Shown here in pieces: positions 13,126 through 26,238 of a DNA stretch of 64,000 bases; position 1 is the first letter of the stretch; every line of letters starts with the position of its first letter. This DNA comes from Perna viridis. Taxonomy: Eukaryota. The stretch spans positions 30,541,626-30,605,625 of the forward strand of contig CM074516.1 of NCBI GenBank assembly GCA_037379345.1, written 5' to 3'. Made by a program: the position numbers and the translations under genes. The notes beneath the pieces are model-generated. The model did no database searches, was not told where the DNA came from, and saw only the letters and a program-made list of their open reading frames with translations.

Positions 13126-16100
13126 ACGAAAACCATACTTGAAGCTGCTGTAATAAAAAAAAAGGATTGTGAATTATTACCACACGTTGGGAAGGTACAA
13201 ACTACGCCTTTGTCTAACTTTTGAAAGATCTCATCATTTTTAGAGTCATGACTTTATTGTAAATCATAGAAATGAAGACATTTCCTATTGACTAAATGGT
13301 TTCTCTAATAGAAGATTTAATCAAATTTAGCAGTTTTGTTTAATAATTAATTATTTTCTAGTTAGAGAGTGAAGACTTGTAATTTCTATAAGTTCAACTC
13401 ACAATGTTTGTTAGAAATTCGAAATGAAATAATATATAGGTATTTAATAGCCACACTTAAAAAAGTGATTTTCCTAGTAAAAACTTATTTAATCTGCAGC
13501 CAGTTAAATGTTTCTATTTTAAAATAACAATTCTGCCAAAATCAATTTAAATCTGTGTTCAAGGTTAGTTTGTTATGATGAAATAATGGCTAAGTACTCC
13601 AACCTGTTCATTAAAAAAAATGTTTTATTTTATTCTATCAAGTAAATGAGGTTATACAATAATTACTTACTTATTTTTTCAAATTACTTTGTTTTATATT
13701 CATTTGAGTCTTTTAAATCTTTCACCTTTAAATCAGGAATTTTCTTCAAAACCTTACAGTAACTTTTGAGAGTTTTTTTTTATTTTCTACCTCCAGCAAA
13801 ATAATGCGAGTAATTTCCCTTGGTAACAATTGACATTTGTTGGTTGTACTGCTGATTGGCACAAGTGTTACAACAAAAGTTACTTAAAAGATCATTTTGT
13901 TAATTAAAAGGCACAATTTTAAGCACAAAAAACTATTATAGATGTTTGACTCTTTTAAGCAAACAAATGAAATATCCATAAGTTTTAAATGGAATTTGTA
14001 CAGCATGAGCAATTTTTAATTTTAATATCATAGGTTGACAGATCACGAACACACCTCAGGGACTGAATTCCAACATTTGATCAAAGGCTAAAAGTTTCCC
14101 ATAAAAATGATTATCACAAATTTGGAGTACTCCAACAGAAAACCAATAATGTGGTCTGCTTCTTGGTACTCTGATATAAAAATAAATGCAAATCTGGTTA
14201 AAAAAAGCACTGTTGTCCTTCCTGATCTTCCCATTACTGCAAGGCATTTCTGAAGTAAACCAAATTCTCAAAAAAAATATCTGTTCAATTCCAATCATTG
14301 TTAGCCATTAATTTGTGTTATGAATTTAGACATGAAGTCCAGATGTTTGTGTAAATCTCTAGTTGTGTTTATGTATAGGTTAGGCAGACACTGGCCACAT
14401 GGCCAATCTGTAGGGTGATGATGGGCAAACATTATAACTGGGACTTTGATGTGACTTATGGTCAGCTGATGTAGGTATCATGGCAAAGGCCAAAAAGTGG
14501 TATAAATTTATGCACTAAACCACCTTAGAGTAATGAAATTATAGCTCAATGCTCCAACATGATATGGAAAATTTTGTCTTTTTTTCTTGATTATGATGGT
14601 GCATATAGTCAAATTACACTATCAAAATGATTGGTTTTGTACATGTTTCACCCACTGCCTGATTCTTTACTGGCACTTAATACTCAACTATAAGTTCAGG
14701 ACCAGGAAACACCAAGTACATGATGGGCAAATGAGGAAAAGTTGGTAGATAGATTGGAATACAAAAATGAAAAAAGTATTAGGAACAGCCTAATAAGAAG
14801 TGACATACATAGACAAAAAGCATTTTTATTTGGCATTTTAAACCTCCTTTTCATTATCTTGACATATATAAAATCTGCATATCTTATTTTAATCCAAAAT
14901 ATTAGATTATTCTTTTGAACAGAGATGGTGAAGAAGTAAAATACATAGTTTTCACAGTTTTCTTTTTTCCATCAATTTGTACACAGAGGCTAGCAATGCA
15001 AGTCAATCCATTCCAAATTATAAATCTTGTTTTACACTATACCATGATGGAATGGAAATGTGTACTTGGGTTGAGGTTTATTGACTGACCACTGGTCATT
15101 AGACATACCACATTGTCTTGTTAATGAGTTTGACCTGCATTTCAGGACAAATAATTGACAATGTTGCTGATTTTAATGCTATATGTCTGCCATTCAATCA
15201 TTACATGTCTGCAGAAGGTATTTATTCACATTTAGAATTAATTAGAAGGGTGTGACCATCTGTTAAATGAAGGCACCCAGCTGTATTGTAAAATTGAGTT
15301 TGTCTCTCCTGATCATTGACCTCTGAAATGAAGCTGGTCACTTGTTGTCCAAATTTTTTAGTTTTAATAACTACAAAATAAATTCTGAACCTTAAAAAAT
15401 CTGGCGAATTTACTTATTAATTGGAATTTGGTATATTGGTGGATGACCATTTGATGTATATGAGAGTGGGGCTAGCAATTTTGTAATGCTTTAGGCCTAC
15501 TGCTTGATTATCAATTTCTACTATACTGTGCTTTAGAATATGGAGACCAGCCACTAAATTCATTTCTTATATGTGCTCAAAGTTTATTTCAAATTTTGTC
15601 CAGGCCAATAAATTTATGAACAGAAACTGCCAGCCCCACATTTTTGGACTTGTGTCATGAAGTACATAGATGTTTTTTTTTTTTTTAAATTTAATTGCCT
15701 ATGTGACTTGAAAGTTTTTGCCTTTATTTCACATTAGCTGATAAGTGTTAACAAGTAAAGAAATTGTTTTGTTATAGAGAAAAAGTACCATTATATTTAA
15801 ATCCTTTAAAAATAGATAACCAACTAATTTAAATTTACAAAAGCATCCTTGTTAATTTGAAACCAGCATTTTTATTATTCATTTAAACAGACAAGTGATT
15901 TTTTTTGTTTTTTGTTTTTTTTTGTTATTTTAGATGAGAATTAACTTAGACCCTTTTGACTTAACTGCAGAGTAGTCATGTGCATGCCCGAAGAATATTT
16001 CTGCAAAGAATTTTACTTTTGTTTTACCCCCAGCCCTTGCCTATTCAACTACCTATCAATTAAGGGGAAAAATGATTTGATGTCATATTCTAAAATAAAT

Positions 16101-17040
16101 CCAGTATTGACACCATTACAGTTTAGGGGATCAAGTATTACAAGTATTAATTAAATTAGATTAAAAGAATAAATAAGGAAATAATCATGTAGCAAAGTAA
16201 TGCATTACATTTTTTTTTATATAATATCTTAGAAAAATCAAAATTTCATTTTTGTGGAATTTACCTATTGAAATTAAATGCATGTCAATCATGTTGTTTC
16301 AATAATTTGCTTAAGACATGCTTGTATATGAAATTTAGAAATAGTTAAACAAATTAAATATTACATCAGCGATAAATATGAATATGATAAAATAAAACTT
16401 GTTACTAACAATTTTGGCAAAACTTTTGACTAGACTTAAAAAAATTTATTGATACAATAAAAGTGGCAAATTCATAATTCTGAGTTTGAAATACACGTGT
16501 TAATATAACAAATCATACATATGAATAAAATTTATGGATCAAATAATCAGATAGTACTCTGGGGCCAATATAACCAGTTAGTGAGCCATCTCCTTCTCTT
16601 ATAATAAATCAAGATTGGGGGATATTACATATGAACATGTCAATCATGTGTCTATTGTCTTATCATAATCCATTTTGTGAGGATTGGAAACTTAAAATGA
16701 TACTAATCAGAGCCTTGTAGAAGCACTTTTCAAGGCAGGATTTGATGTCAATTTGATCATGTAGACTGTGTTAGCTAAATAATACAATAAATTTTGTACT
16801 CTCATCGCTGCCTTCAATTAGGCTGCAAGTAGGAAATTCATTAATAGCAAAAATATTAAACCACATGAAAGGAGGATCTCAAAGAGGAAGACTTGCACAT
16901 ATCAACTTTACACTTGTATCATATTATAGTTCTTTTAGCTCTAATTGTTTCCCTGTTATTGCCCTGATCAAAAAAATTATACAATGATTGACAAGTTGGA
17001 TATCATGTTACCTTTGATGTTTAACTTTCCTTTACACCTT

Positions 17041-17420
17041 GAGCAGATACCATTGTAATTTCCCCAAGTTTTTGTGCATTTTTTTTTCTGCTTTTGCATC
17101 TTAATGTCAAGAGAACTGAGCAGATACCATTGTAGCTTCTCAAAGTTTTTGTGCTTTTTATTTCTGTTTTTGCATTTTAATGTCAAGAGTTCTTAAATAA
17201 ACTGAGCAGATACCATTGTATCTCTCCAAGATTTTGTGCATTTTTTATTCTGTTTTTGCATCTTAATGTCAAGAGTTCTTAAAAAAACAATCACTTGTAA
17301 CAAGACCATAACTTGATTTTTAGCGCTAGAAATAGGAGTAAAGTCAGAGGGTTTTTTTGTAAGAAATAGGAGTAAAATTAAAGGGTTTTTCGCTGGAAAT
17401 AGGAGTAAAGTTAGAGGGGT
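17041..17420. repeat. Three ~80-bp tandem units followed by three ~33-bp units
   Basis: gagcagataccattgta...ttaatgtcaagag x3; gaaataggagtaaa x3. Confidence 0.8.
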
Positions 17421-18303
17421 GTTCATTACATTTTTAATACTCTGCTTACACAGTTTGAGGGATACAGGCTAAATCGTGTGTCTGTCAGTCATTATGCCAA
17501 ATGGTTAAAGTATGTGTTGAAACTTTTTATCTACAAGTTCGAACCATTGCCACCAGATAATTTTTTTTTAAATATTATATATGCCTTATGCATTTTTTGT
17601 AAAGCTCATCTAGTGTCTGTTGTTTAAAAAAGCTAGCTCATTGTTAGCATTGTAAATTAAGAATGGCTAAGATTAATAGGACCTTACATGAGTGAAAATT
17701 AAAGATAGGGCTATCTTTCACGATTATGAGAAGTTCAAGTCTTTTTCACAAGTGGAGTGTAGCATACCTGAGAAAAGACCAAGAATTTCTTTAACAAGTG
17801 AAAGATAACCTAATTTTTAATCTTCATCAAGTATAAGTACCTGTTTCTTCCATGAAAACATATATATTTTGTTTGCTTTCCCTAGGAGCGCCACCATTTC
17901 TGGAAACATAGTGGCGTCAAATTTTCTCTGCCTTTGATTTGAATATGTCTATGACTCTGTCATTTCAAGACATTTCATTGGTTTAAAGAACGAGTATATG
18001 GGTCTTCCTAACTGGCAAAGGGCTACTTCTGGAAGTCTAAAATAGCAGGGATTTAAATAAGCAGGGCCCCACTTGTCAATGGACCCTAAAATTTGGTGTG
18101 GGCTACTAAATGTCTTCAGTGATCATGGAGGACTTTACTTATTGGCTATTAAGCCCAAACCTTAGGTTAAAACCCTGAATAATGATTATATTGGTCATCT
18201 AGTATAGAATTTTTGTTGTAAAATTATCTGACTGCTCCTCCCTTCAAGTTAACAGACCTATATATTGAATGTTTAAAATTTCTCCTTGTTTGGTTTATTA
18301 CAG

Positions 18304-18426
18304 AGACTGATGTATGTGTAACAGGAGAACATGAATGCCACAAATTTGCTGATTGTCAGAGTTCTAAAGGAAGTTATAAATGTTCCTGTAAACAGGGGTA
18401 CAGTGGTAATGGATTTGACTGTCAGC
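18304..18426 (+). CDS. NELL: NELL-like exon, EGF domain (probably EGF3)
   Basis: ttacag| ... C|gtaagc, 123 nt, phase 1-1; ETDVCVTGEHECHKFADCQSSKGSYKCSCKQGYSGNGFDCQ; absent from the ORF track. Confidence 0.9.
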
Positions 18427-18525
18427 GTAAGCATACCTCAGTTTTTATTGACAAATTTTGCTGTTCCAACTTTGAATAATGTATACATTTAGTTCAAGGT
18501 TTTTTATTTAACAACATTATAGATT

Positions 18526-18929
18526 TTAAGTAGCTGTCTTTGTAAGAATCATGCAAAATCTGAAAAATGTGATACGCCCTAAAAAAGGCTACATATTTTT
18601 ATTTTTGTAATTAAGTTGTTTTATGGGTCTATACTATGAAATGTGTAATTATTCATTAAAATCTGCCTGTTCTTAGAAGATAATCAACATTGAAAATCCA
18701 GTAGATTCTATTGTATTTGAGTGTCATTTACAGAGTTATCTCCCTTAATTTTTAAATCTACATTGCATTCTTTACGATTTTTATCTCCTAAGAGCACGGG
18801 TTATATGAAAAACCACATGTTAATTTCTGTTTACTTTGACATTTCAAACAAAATATCAAAAATAAAAATATGTAGGCTTTTTACCCATGAATCACATTTT
18901 GCATGATCCTTAGCTGGAGTGCTACTTAA
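18526..18929 (+). mobile_element. ~400 bp TTAA-bounded MITE-like element, family A copy 1
   Basis: TIRs TTAAGTAGC-N8-TAAGrATCATGCAAAA at both ends; full-length similarity to 28846-29248. Confidence 0.85.
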
Positions 18930-19341
18930 TAATAACATGCTTAGGTAATATTTTATTTTGAAGACATTACTTACCACTGGCTTGGTCATTGTTGTTTTTT
19001 TTTGTTTCTTTGATCCTGCTAGGCTCTTTGTGGATGTAATAACATGTGCCCTGCTTCTGTGTCATGGAAATTAAATACTTTTGATAGAAATCCAATTATA
19101 TGTTTTGACTAAACTACAAAATCTATGAAAAACTTACAGCAAGTAAAACAATTAACCTCAAGGTATATAGCTGGTCTTCCCTTGATAGAATGACAATCAC
19201 CTGATGGATTGTCTTCAGTAGTTCACTAAACAATTGAGGAGGAGATCAAACTCTCTATTTTCCCTTAGGTATTTGAATCTATATATCTCATGGAAAGTTA
19301 AAATCTCCTTGTAAATTGTCCAGTTCACTAAACCAGGTCAT

Positions 19342-19490
19342 TAGGGCCTGGTTATTAAAAAGATTTATCCACTGGAGAAAAGTTATCCACTGGATAAATC
19401 TAGTTCAATCTATACAAGTTATCTACTGGATAGGTCTAGTACAATACATACAAGTTATCCACTGGATAAAGTTTGAACAACTGGGTCCTG
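19342..19490. repeat. Small degenerate MITE-like element with internal TTATCCACTGGATA repeats
   Basis: Four TTATCyACTGGA copies; imperfect inverted ends agggcctggtt / aactgggtcctg. Confidence 0.55.
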
Positions 19491-19812
19491 GTGAATATTA
19501 TTGAATCAAGAGAAGACCAACTTTATTATCCGAATTTAACTGTTATTAGGGCGTAGCCAGGCTTTCTTTGAAGTGGAAGATCATATTTGGCAAGGGGTTT
19601 AGGAGAATGCTCAATGCTGCCAGTGGAAACATGGAGCAAATCTCCAAGAAGCTCCCAGTGTTTGAGCATTTTAGACTCATAAAAGTGAGACAAAAATATG
19701 CTGAAAATGGCTTTATTTTGAGATAATTTTGTGGAAAATGTCTTTTTTTTATTTCATGATACTAGCAGTGACTGTGATCAGGATAATACTCAAATGAAGA
19801 AATTTGATATGT

Positions 19813-20066
19813 GAACAGGGTTATGTTGAAACAAGATTGAAGTCATCACTACAGAAGTTTTATGGTCGTCATCATGAACTCAAGGATCACTACGGTCTAT
19901 CCATCTGCACCATGAAAACTGATTTGTTCAGTGTGTCATAGTTTTCCTTTCCTCTTTTGACTGCCCTGGACTTGACAGGTGTTTCTAAATAAGCAGTGGA
20001 TGCTTACCTTACCAGTGCACCTGGTCCATGCTCTCATTTTTAGTGGAGTCTGAGTTTCTCATTTAC
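19813..20066 (+). mobile_element. Retroelement 3' remnant (RT-protein C-terminus plus 3' UTR)
   Basis: 19813-19941 reads EQGYVETRLKSSLQKFYGRHHELKDHYGLSICTMKTDLFSVS-stop; the following gtgcacctggtccatgctc...tttttagtggagtc recurs inverted at ~50405-50490. Confidence 0.65.
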
Positions 20067-22142
20067 TTGTGAAATAATTGCATCTCGTCTCGGGTTCCAT
20101 AGTTAACCTGATTTGTATGCTTTTGAAAAAGTAACTATTTATGCAACATATTTTTTCAACTTTTTTGGAAAGAGTCTGGTATACTTAAAATAACGAATAA
20201 TCTATCAAGTTTTAAAGTCATCATTGCAATCATCATCAATTTGGCAGATCATTATGGAAAACCCATTCATGTCTTGAGATCAACTAACTTTTAAATAGGT
20301 AATTATAAGTGCTGTTCATTCTGGGATTGTATGCCTGAGTCTGTATGTGTTCCTTTTATGAGGTCTGATTGTTTTTATCTGTTGTCTTCAAGCTCTTATA
20401 ATGACTATAACATACTAGCCAATGGTTAACGTTGACATTTGACCTCACGGGATTCAATCTTTATATTAGCTGACCTATTGCCCTTAAAACAACCATCTCT
20501 ATTCATCATTATTATTGTGAAAGCCCCTTTTGAAACAACCACTGGTCCACACACAGTATACATTGTATGTTGTTTTTTCAGACAAACTCGATCTGTCTTG
20601 AACTTTGACAAATTAATATCATTGAAAATGTTACCCATATTTCTATATGGTACCTTCATGAAAATGGGATTCCAAATTCAACAATATACCTGTGTCTTTA
20701 CTCAATGAGGACAAAGTAAATCAAGAAACAACATAGAAACCCCCGTACATGATCGCTTCCATTTATGAAATAATGCCTCATCTTCTTTTCTTCTCTACCT
20801 CTCTTTATTTTATTTTATTTCATGTTTTTTGGGGTTTTTTTTGCAAAACAAAGTGGAAACTCAGGTTTCTGAGCTTCTGCCTTGCTACCCGCCTGGTTAT
20901 ACTTGCTGTAATATTACATCATACATGTATTTTTTACAGTATTTGGTGAGCTTTCAGAGAAAGCATCTTAAATAAACATACTGGTTATTTCACTATAAAG
21001 CAAATTAAAATTATTCTATATGAGAAAATATTACTCCAGAGAGATATGAGGAGAGTACCTGTAACTTGATTTCCTATTGATATACAATGAAGAGTTTAAA
21101 TTGGCAACTTCTTTGATGCAGAATTCTCACTACTCATTTTGAAAAATCAATGCTCTGCACATTATCAGAATCAAATCATAAGTTGTAGATTACAAATTGT
21201 CTGTCACTTTCAGCATCCATGTTGATTCGAATTTCGATTAGATTTGTAGCATTTTGAAATGGACATTAGCTATCTCATGAGATGATCTTGATGACCAACT
21301 GCAGAAATGTCTGGTCACTTGAACATTGTACTGAAGTTCTGACAGAAATTGTGATTAAATATTCATTTAATGATTGTTGTGTTAACCATTTGTTATCTAT
21401 GAATAAGTAGTCTTTCAATTATATGGTTATTTTGTAGTAAATGTATTGGAGTATGAAAAACCCATGTCTTTTTATTAGTTATTAGTTCCATATAATTGCT
21501 GAATTAATGTAGAAATGTATGAAAATAGGAGAGGTGGTATGATTGCCGTTAAGATGGTCAACCAACCATTAATCAAACTTTACTGGTCACAACATTTTCT
21601 TTAATGATGGGCAAAACTCATACCATAAAGCAAGCTGTAGAAGGCCCCAAAAATAATTAAATGAAATTATTCATAAAAGACGAAGATTGACTTTATCTTC
21701 TGAAAAAATGTAAAAGGAATAACAATAAACATAAACCAAAACAAAGATGTGGTCATTTTCTGAATGCAGTAATTACTGCTTTAGTGTGAAAAGCTATTCG
21801 TAATGAACATATTCTATCTATAAACTTGTTTTCATAGCTTTTGTGGTCGTAAAGAGCTTGTGTCACTTTTTAGTTTAGAGCCTGTCACAAGTTGAGTGTA
21901 TAAACATATACAATGTACATTTTTCCAAGCAATTATATGCTCCCTACAGTGATGGAGCCAAAGGGTTCAGGGGTTTTGAATCCCCATTTTGTTGAAAAAT
22001 TCTGTTAATTTAATGTAAAATTTGGGCAAAATGAGCAAATAATAGCCTGTAACTCCTCTGGAATTTACCCTATATAACATTTTTTGGGGGGTTTGTTTTT
22101 TTTGTAGTTTTTATACGACCCTAAAAATTTGTGGCTGTATAA

Positions 22143-23696
22143 TGTTATGATGCAGCCGTTGTCTTGGTGTTGTGATGCAGTCGTTGTCTTGGTGTTATGA
22201 TGCAGTTGTTTTCTTGGTGTTATGATGCAGTCGTTGTCATGGTGTTATGATGCAGCGGTTGTCTTGGTGTTATGTTGCAGTCATTGTCTTGGTGTTATGA
22301 TGCAGTCATTGTCTTGGTGTTATGATGCAGTCGTTGTCTTGGTGTTATGATGCAGTTGCTTTCTTGGTGTTATGATGCAGTCGTTGTCATGGTGTTATGA
22401 TGCAGCGGTTGTCTTGGTGTTATGATGCAGTCATTGTCTTGGTGTTATGATGCAGCCGTTGTCTTGGTGTTATGGTACAGTCTTTGTCTTGGTGTTATGG
22501 TACAGTCTTTGTCTTGGTGTTATGATGCAGTTGTTATCTTGGTGTTATGGTGCAGTCTTTGTCTCGGTGTTATGATGCAGCGGTTGTCTTGGTGTTATGA
22601 TGCAGTCATTGTCTTGGTGTTATGATGCAGCCGTTGTCTTGGTGTTATGGTACAGTCTTTGTCTTGGTGTTATGATGCAGTTGTTATCTTGGTGTTATGG
22701 TGCAGTCTTTGTCTCGGTGTTATGATGCAGTCGTTGTCTTGGTGTTATAATGCAGTCATTGTCTTGGTGTTATGATGCAGCCGTTTTCTTGGTGTTATGG
22801 TACAGTCTTTGTCTTGGTGTTATGGTGCAGTCTTTGTCTTGGTGTTATGGTGCAGTCTTTGTCTTGGTGTTATGGTACAGTCTTTGTCTTGGTGTTATGG
22901 TACAGTCTTTGTCTTGGTGTTATGGTACAGTCTTTGTCTTGGTGTTATAATGCAGTCGTTGTCTTGGTGTTATAATGCAGTCATTGTCTTGGTGTTATGG
23001 TACAGTCTTTGTCTTGGTGTTATGATGCAGCCGTTGTCTTGGTGTTATGGTACAGTCTTTGTCTTGGTGTTATGGTACAGTCTTTGTCTTGGTGTTATGA
23101 TGCAGTCGTTGTCTTGGTGTTATGGTGCAGTCTTTGTCTTGGTGTTATGATGCAGCCGTTGTCTTGGTGTTATGGTACAGTCTTTGTCTTGGTGTTATGG
23201 TACAGTCTTTGTCTTGGTGTTATGGTACAGTCTTTGTCTTGGTGTTATGATGCAGTCGTTGTCTTGGTGTTATGGTACAGTCTTTGTCTTGGTGTTATGG
23301 TACAGTCTTTGTCTTGGTGTTATGGTACAGTCTTTGTCTTGGTGTTATGATGCAGTCTTTGTCTTGGTGTTATGGTACAGTCTTTGTCTTGGCGTTATGG
23401 TACAGTCTTTGTCTTGGTGTTATGGTACAGTCTTTGTCTTGGTGTTATGATGCAGTCTTTGTCTTGGTGTTATGGTACAGTCTTTGTCTTGGTGTTATGG
23501 TACAGTCTTTTTCTTGGTGTTATGGTACAGTCTTTGTCTTGGTGTTATGATGCAGTCTTTGTCTTGGTGTTATGGTACAGTCTTTGTCTTGGTGTTATGA
23601 TGCAGTCTTTGTCTTGGTGTTATGGTACAGTCTTTGTCTTGGTGTTATGGTGCAGTCGTTGTCTTGGTGTTATGGTACAGTTGTTGTCTTGGTGTT
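22143..23696. repeat. 25-bp minisatellite, about 62 copies
   Basis: Unit GTCTTGGTGTTATG(ATG/GTA)CAGTC(G/T/A)TT. Confidence 0.97.
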
Positions 23697-24427
23697 GCTT
23701 GTTGTTATCTCCATTGTCGTCTTCTATGGACACTCGGTTTCCATGTGATAACGTTAGTTGTGGTTGACCAATAGTTATGAAATTTTAATATTATTTTACT
23801 GACTACTAAAGAAAGGATCCTATATAATTTGGAGTTTTTTTTGAAGAAAAATGGGTCAAAAAGGGTAAAAATAGGTTTTTAAGTAAAACCCACGTAGGAT
23901 GTTTGTTTTTCTTCTGATTTGCATCGTTCTTTTTCATTGTGTTCCAAATTTAATTCTGGTGAAAAATGTACATGTATCAAGTTTTGGACCATTTTCAAGT
24001 TATATGGTGTTAAAGTTGGGCAACACCCAAAAATTCAACTTTTTTTTAGTCCAATTTTGAAATTTTATTTCCTATTGCATTCCTCATAAAAATCTCTGTT
24101 TTTCAATGATATTTCAGATATATCTTATGGTTTTTGAGTTACCGGGGGTCAAAGGGGCCACATCCCAAAAATTTGACTTTTTATTTTTATTCTGATTTAG
24201 AAAATTTTCAATTGAATTTCAGATTTTGTGTAATAAAGTATCCAAGCCATTAGTTGTGTTCATAATGAATGCTTCTTAAGTATTTTCTAGGAAGTTGTAT
24301 ACTCCTGTTTTTCCTTTTTTTTTGTTTTGTCTTTTTGTTCGTTTTTTGGTGACTGTTTATATAAACAACTACCTTAGAGAATTTTGAAAAATTACTCAGT
24401 AACCAGCAAGATTATTTTTATTTTCAG

Positions 24428-24520
24428 CAATATGTCCTGGAGGTTGTCTCCATGGAAAGTGTGTGTTTCCAAACGTCTGTGAATGTCGCCATGGTTACAT
24501 AGGTACCAATTGTGAACTTG
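24428..24520 (+). CDS. NELL: NELL-like exon, short EGF domain (probably EGF4)
   Basis: tttcag| ... G|gtgagt, 93 nt; PICPGGCLHGKCVFPNVCECRHGYIGTNCEL, same Cys spacing as the short NELL EGF4. Confidence 0.9.
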
Positions 24521-26238
24521 GTGAGTGAATTAATAAATAATAATTGTAAGAGAAAACAACACATATTATGAGTAAACAGGACAAAAAAGGATTCAGCAAT
24601 ACCTGATATTAGTTTAGATTTGTACAATATATGCATACTGGTAATATTTTGTTTAGTTGAAGCTCAAACACGAATTTGAATTGAATGATCATTTTGATAT
24701 TTAACATATATTCACATTTTTCCTTTTACTTCATCGAAAAATTTAATCCATTTTCAAAACAAAAATTCATAAAATAAGATAAAATTTATGTTATTATCTG
24801 ATTTTGAGTTCACCTTAGATGTGGGTTTGAGATTAGGATCCCTGTGTTGTATTCCATGTCTGAAACTCCACCCATCACACATTCCATGTCTGCAACTCCG
24901 CCCATCACAAGAAGGAACTTAATGGGCATAGAGAAAGCCTTTATCATTTTATACTGATGATGCAGATGGTCTCTGACATAAATTCCTTTTTTGAATGGGT
25001 TTTTTTATGAAATTAAAAGAAATTGTGTATCTATGATAAATACATAAGTGACACTTAATTTCAAGTACTAGTAACAAGTTATCAGATGTACAACTGCTGG
25101 ACATGATTATTTGTAAGACAATATAGAACCATTCACTTTGAGTCCTATAACTGTGTAATGTCTTACAAATAATCTTGAACTGCTTGTGTTCATCTTATAA
25201 TATATTTGTGTGATGTTGCAGTCATTTTCAGATTGTAGATTTTTTCTATTCTTTCTATAACACCTATTCAGTAAACTAAGTTTTCGTTGTCCACAGCAAC
25301 TGTACTGCATTTCAGTTTAGTCATTGATAAGGCTTCTGAAAATTAATACATCAGAATCTATGACAATGCTACTCTTGTGAATAAACTTCTTATAACAAGC
25401 AATCTTCTTTGGTTGATTAAAGGAGTCAATAGGAAGTCTTGTAGACAGCATTACTAGCAGATAATGTTTAAAACTCAATTATAGAAAAGCTGTTGTTGTA
25501 TTTGTGGAAAATTTGTTCAAGTCTCTGGCTCTTCACCAAATGAGCAGCAAAGAAAAAGCCTGATCTGATGTAATAACCATTTCCAAACCCTTGAAATGGT
25601 TTTTGGTATTATTCTGATAGTGTCAGTTTAAGGAGAGTATTATGTAACTTTCTCAGACTGTTTTTCTCCCATGCAGACGATTTGTCAAATATAATGGATG
25701 TTTACTGCTGACTTGAGATAATTTACTGCTATTCTCCTGGATATTACATAAGCATTAAAAATATCATGAGTCATACTTGCATTTCTCCATATATGGCAGT
25801 ATTCTGTCTTAAAATGTGTAATCTGTCTATTATTGCAATGTCTTATCTGCCAAAAATGCAAAGGGGAGATAACTCATTTTTCACACTCTGAATAACCAAG
25901 TAATATTGGCTAGAATCCTCTAAAAGTAGATTACAGTTTGATATTAGGCCAGTGAAAAGTATTTGCCATGATCTAAAATTTGTTGAATTAGATGATTAAA
26001 AGTCCAAATTAAGCTAGGATTAACAGCTAGTGCCTTTGCACGTACTTTTTCATCCTTTCAGAGATGTAATTAAATATATTTTCACAAAATAAAAAGAAAT
26101 CTTGATTTTTAGAAGTACAGTTATCTCTTATATACTATTCTCTGATGAATCAAACAGGAGAAAAAAATAGATTTTGTTGTAATTGTTCTACTTTAATTGG
26201 TATTGTTTATTGAAATGGAAAAAGGAGTGTGTTCCAGT

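Noticed and set aside
22422-23767. Overlapping hydrophobic ORFs (MVQSLSWCYGTVFVLVLW...)
   Set aside because: Products of a 25-bp repeat cycling through all three frames; no splice or domain support
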